In this document: positions 46,396-49,573 of the stretch, piece by piece | How positions within the stretch are numbered: the first letter of the stretch is position 1 | Layout of the letters: the number at the start of each line of letters is the position of its first letter | DNA from: Vitrella brassicaformis CCMP3155 | Lineage: Eukaryota > Protista > Chromerida | Assembly (NCBI GenBank): GCA_001179505.1 | Contig: CDMY01000569.1 | Location: forward strand, 1-49,573 | Length of the DNA: 49,573 bases | Direction of reading: 5' to 3' | The notes under the pieces: generated by a model | Seen by the model: only the letters and a program-made list of their open reading frames with translations | Told to the model about the DNA's origin: nothing | Databases searched by the model: none | Position numbers and translations under genes: made by a program

Positions 46396-49300
46396 CATGA
46401 CTGAGGAGCCTTCGTCCCTCGCACCCAGTGGGGAGGTCGAGGAGCTCATCGAGTAATGCACTGCGCACACACACATACTGGTGGTTGGGGATGCGCGACA
46501 CAGACGGCATGAAATGTACGTAAATCGCGTGTGGATGGTGTCTGTCTGTCTGTGCGTGTTCAGGCGCATATTGTGTCACGGCAGCCTGGTGTCGGACACT
46601 CAGTTGGTGTCTCAGCTGATTGATTTGCTGACGGAGTCTCGCCAGCACCGCCTCATCCAGAACGTGTTCATGCGCATGACGGCGCTCTTCAAGAGCACCA
46701 ACCCAGACTGTCTTGGGTGGGGGGGCGCACACAGCCATCCATGACCATGACATGTGCGTGGTTTGCCTTCCTCCATGTACTGTATGTGGTATACGTGCTG
46801 TGCTGTGCTGCCCACAGGAAGGTAGTCTTGTCGTGGTGGCGCTTCCTGTTGTGTGAGATCTCCGTTTCCAAAGACGACACCCCACAAGTGAATGGGCAGA
46901 CGGGATGGGTGGGGCACGGCGGGCCACCACACACGCTCCCTCCTATGGTGTATGTCAGGTGCAGGCGTACCTGCAGGACGAGATCGCAAGAGTGCTCGAC
47001 CTCAGTGACTCACTCGCCAAGTAACGACATCGTCGCATAGAACGGGATACACCGTAGGTGTCCTATATGTGTGTGGATGCAGGCAGGCGATACTGAAGGC
47101 GGAGCATGTGTCTGAGATCGTCGAACTCGTGTGGAACCTGGGAGTCGAACTGGTACGTACGTGTGCATCCACAGGGGTTATGTGTGACGATGGATGGTCA
47201 GTCTGTGTGTGTGTGTGTGTGTCAGGTGAAGGATGAGAAGATGACCGAGGCGGAGGCCATCTTCAAGGCCGGACTCAGCATCGGTACACACACACACACA
47301 CACACACACACATCGGTACCTACACATACAGAGAGAGAGGAGGGGACAGACCTACCAACACAGAGTCCTATCACCACCCCCTTCTCGTTTGTGTGTCTTG
47401 TGTGTCTTGTTCTCCTTGTTGCCAGTCCCCACACACGACGCAGCCACAAAAGGTGGCCATACACACTTCTGATTGGCTCATCTCATCTTGTGTGTGTGAG
47501 TTGTCATCTGCTGGATGCAGTGTCGTTGTATCGCGTGTTGGGTTCGATCCAGCTGCGGAGTGGCGACAGCGGCAAGGCCAAAGAGTGGCTGAGCAAGGGA
47601 CAGCAGCTCGACAAACATGACTTCGCGACGGCCGTACTCACCTTCTACGCCTCCCTCGACTCGCCCACCGACAGAGACGCCGCACTCAAACACATATTCC
47701 AGCTGCCGCAACTCGACCAGGTCAGGAACATGCACTCGTGCAGGCCACTGCAGAACGGTGTGGCCATGTCTCTCTGCCTGTGTGTGCCTCAGCGTGCGAT
47801 TGTGAGCATATTGGACTTCTGCATCCAGAAGGAGAACGAAAACGCCGCACTGCTCGTGATGGTAGACAGGGAAAGGGAGGGAGGGAGAGAGGGAGAGAGG
47901 GAAGGAGGGAGGGAGGGACGGAGAGTGGATGCTGCTTGTGTGTGCGTAGGAGTCCCTCATCTGCTACCTTGTCGGAGCACCTGGTCAGCCAGCTAGACAC
48001 GGACACATCCACTCAGACCAGTACATATCTATACCCTGCAGTGACTGACATCGAATCGCTTGACGTCGAGGGACTCGACGCGTCCAAGTTCTCATTTTCT
48101 GACGACATCTGTCTCCTCGAGTGCGTCAAGAACGCCACCAAACTAGCCAAGATGTCAGACAAAAGGTAAGGAAGCACACACCAAGGGACGGCCGAACATG
48201 TACACAGAAAGACGTGGTCGTCGTTTTCATTTGTGCAGTCCCAGTCACCTGCAAAAGCTCATTGGTCTGGCGGGTCGCATAGCCACTGAAATGGGCAAGC
48301 GCAAGGAAGGTACACACACAATACACGACACGGATCAGGCATTATCTGCCCGCATTCGCGTGAGTGTGGGATGTCATGCAGATGGTGGTGCGTCGTTGAA
48401 GGAGGACGACCTGCGATTCTTCTTCAGTGTGTCGTGGAACGTGTCGCGTGACCTCACGGACCAGTACGAGCTGCAGCGTCTGCTGCTGCGGGACGGCCGG
48501 GTGCTCCTCGACCTCATGCAAGACAACATCAACAACGCTGACGATCGCAAACTCGTATGAATGCACACAGCAGCGCAGCAAGGGAAAAGGGAAAAGGGAA
48601 ACACAGCCATGTGTCTTCTGCAGTCGCTCATTGTCGAGATGGCCGTATCAGCACACGAAGGTCACGGTGCTCTTCCCCCACAAACCCACCCTCTCTTCGC
48701 CTGTGTGTGCTGGTGTATCCGTGCATCCATCGTATCATGCAGGTCGTTCGTACCCGTCGGGTGACGGCAGCCGCACGCGTGCCTTCCGGCGAGTGATCGA
48801 CTTGCACTCGAGTGTCATGGCCAGCATCACCAAGTGCCTGCAACTCAAGTCAAACGAGCCAACCCGCCCGGCTGCCGACAGAGTCCGCAATGCCCAGACA
48901 TATATATAGAGAGAGAGAGAGCTATATACCCGCGCTGCGTCTCCTGTCTCGTTGTTCAGTCGTATCCGTTGGTCACGTTGTTGAAGTTTGAGGCGATGGC
49001 AGAGGTGCACAGGGGCAGCACCGACAAGGCCCGTGTGCCGGACGACATGGACGTGGACGGGAATAGCGACACCAACAGGGGCGACAGTGACGTCAACAAC
49101 AACATCACACAAGAGCACATCCTCGCATTCGTGCAGGTGAGTGGGGTGGACGGTGGGATGGCGAGACACATATGTCTATACGCGTGTGTGTATATGTATG
49201 TGTGTGTGTGTGTGTGTGTATCCAGGAGTTGGCGTTGGATGGTAGTTTGGCGAGCAAGGTGTGGGAGATCATGGCGGGGCAGGCCATCAAACTCCACATG

Positions 49301-49573
49301 CCAGACATCGCACGTACGCATGCATCCTAGACACACACCGCAGCAGCCGTGCTTTTCTCGGTGTGCACAGGTCGTTGCATCGAGCAGTACCTGGTGTCGT
49401 CGTTTGCCAGCTCCTCCGGCCCCGACCTCGCCAAGGTAGCCATGGCATACCGATCGCTCGTCGAAATCGAAGGTTCGCATAAATACACACAGGTACGACA
49501 GAGCTGAAAGTGTGTATGTGTGCAGAGTCCCGTTCGTCTCGTAACCAGACGTTGCCCATCTACAACGAGCTGC
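44672..49573 (+). CDS. ZIP4: Meiotic ZMM TPR scaffold ZIP4/SPO22/TEX11 homolog (3' end beyond the window)
   Basis: Spliced N-terminus is collinear with TEX11/SPO22 as I recall it: LLQKSYMVWNLTV; NVVRIHAKTGQVFLQLRIFQEAELSLERA; SELAFQMDQPEAGLRYLFS|VKDFI; NVCFNHGKSLF; AVGLRLAAACCL...KASSLEP..FLRSLFLLLKCL. Later segments read DLRFFFSVSWNVS, CLLQSLIVEMAVS and LLKFEAMAE. Exon 1 is 44672-44696 and exon 2 starts at 44765. Confidence 0.8.

Noticed and set aside
1-49573. rRNA, tRNA, snoRNA or transposase/reverse transcriptase genes
   Set aside because: No recognisable conserved motifs were seen by eye. tRNAscan-SE and Infernal/Rfam would be needed to exclude small ncRNAs.

Overview
Eukaryotic, intron-dense, GC-rich genomic DNA. 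Introns are short GT-AG introns (about 50-110 nt), many filled with GTCT/GGAT/GAGT/CA microsatellites. This style and the gene content fit a chromerid alveolate such as Vitrella brassicaformis (inference, not verified). Hand-splicing gives about 11 protein genes, mostly in tightly packed head-to-head pairs. In order: URB1/Npa1 (-); NEK-like pseudokinase with a long coiled coil (+); tandem two-repeat polycystin/PKD2-like channel (+); protein with two PD-(D/E)XK-like nuclease domains and a mitochondrial-type presequence (-); metal-ligand-dead phosphotriesterase (PTER-like) fold fused to a treble-clef Zn finger (-); multi-IQ protein (+); HPR/OPR-like helical-repeat protein (-); AAAP/SLC38 amino-acid transporter (+); Q-rich coiled-coil unknown (+); a ~7 kb microsatellite-rich spacer; an OHA + OST-HTH/LOTUS protein (-) head-to-head with meiotic ZIP4/SPO22/TEX11 (+, cut by the window edge). 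There are two 300-N assembly gaps. I saw no rRNA, tRNA, CRISPR array or transposase. All family calls come from motif recognition by eye, without database searches. Exon boundaries are hand-inferred.
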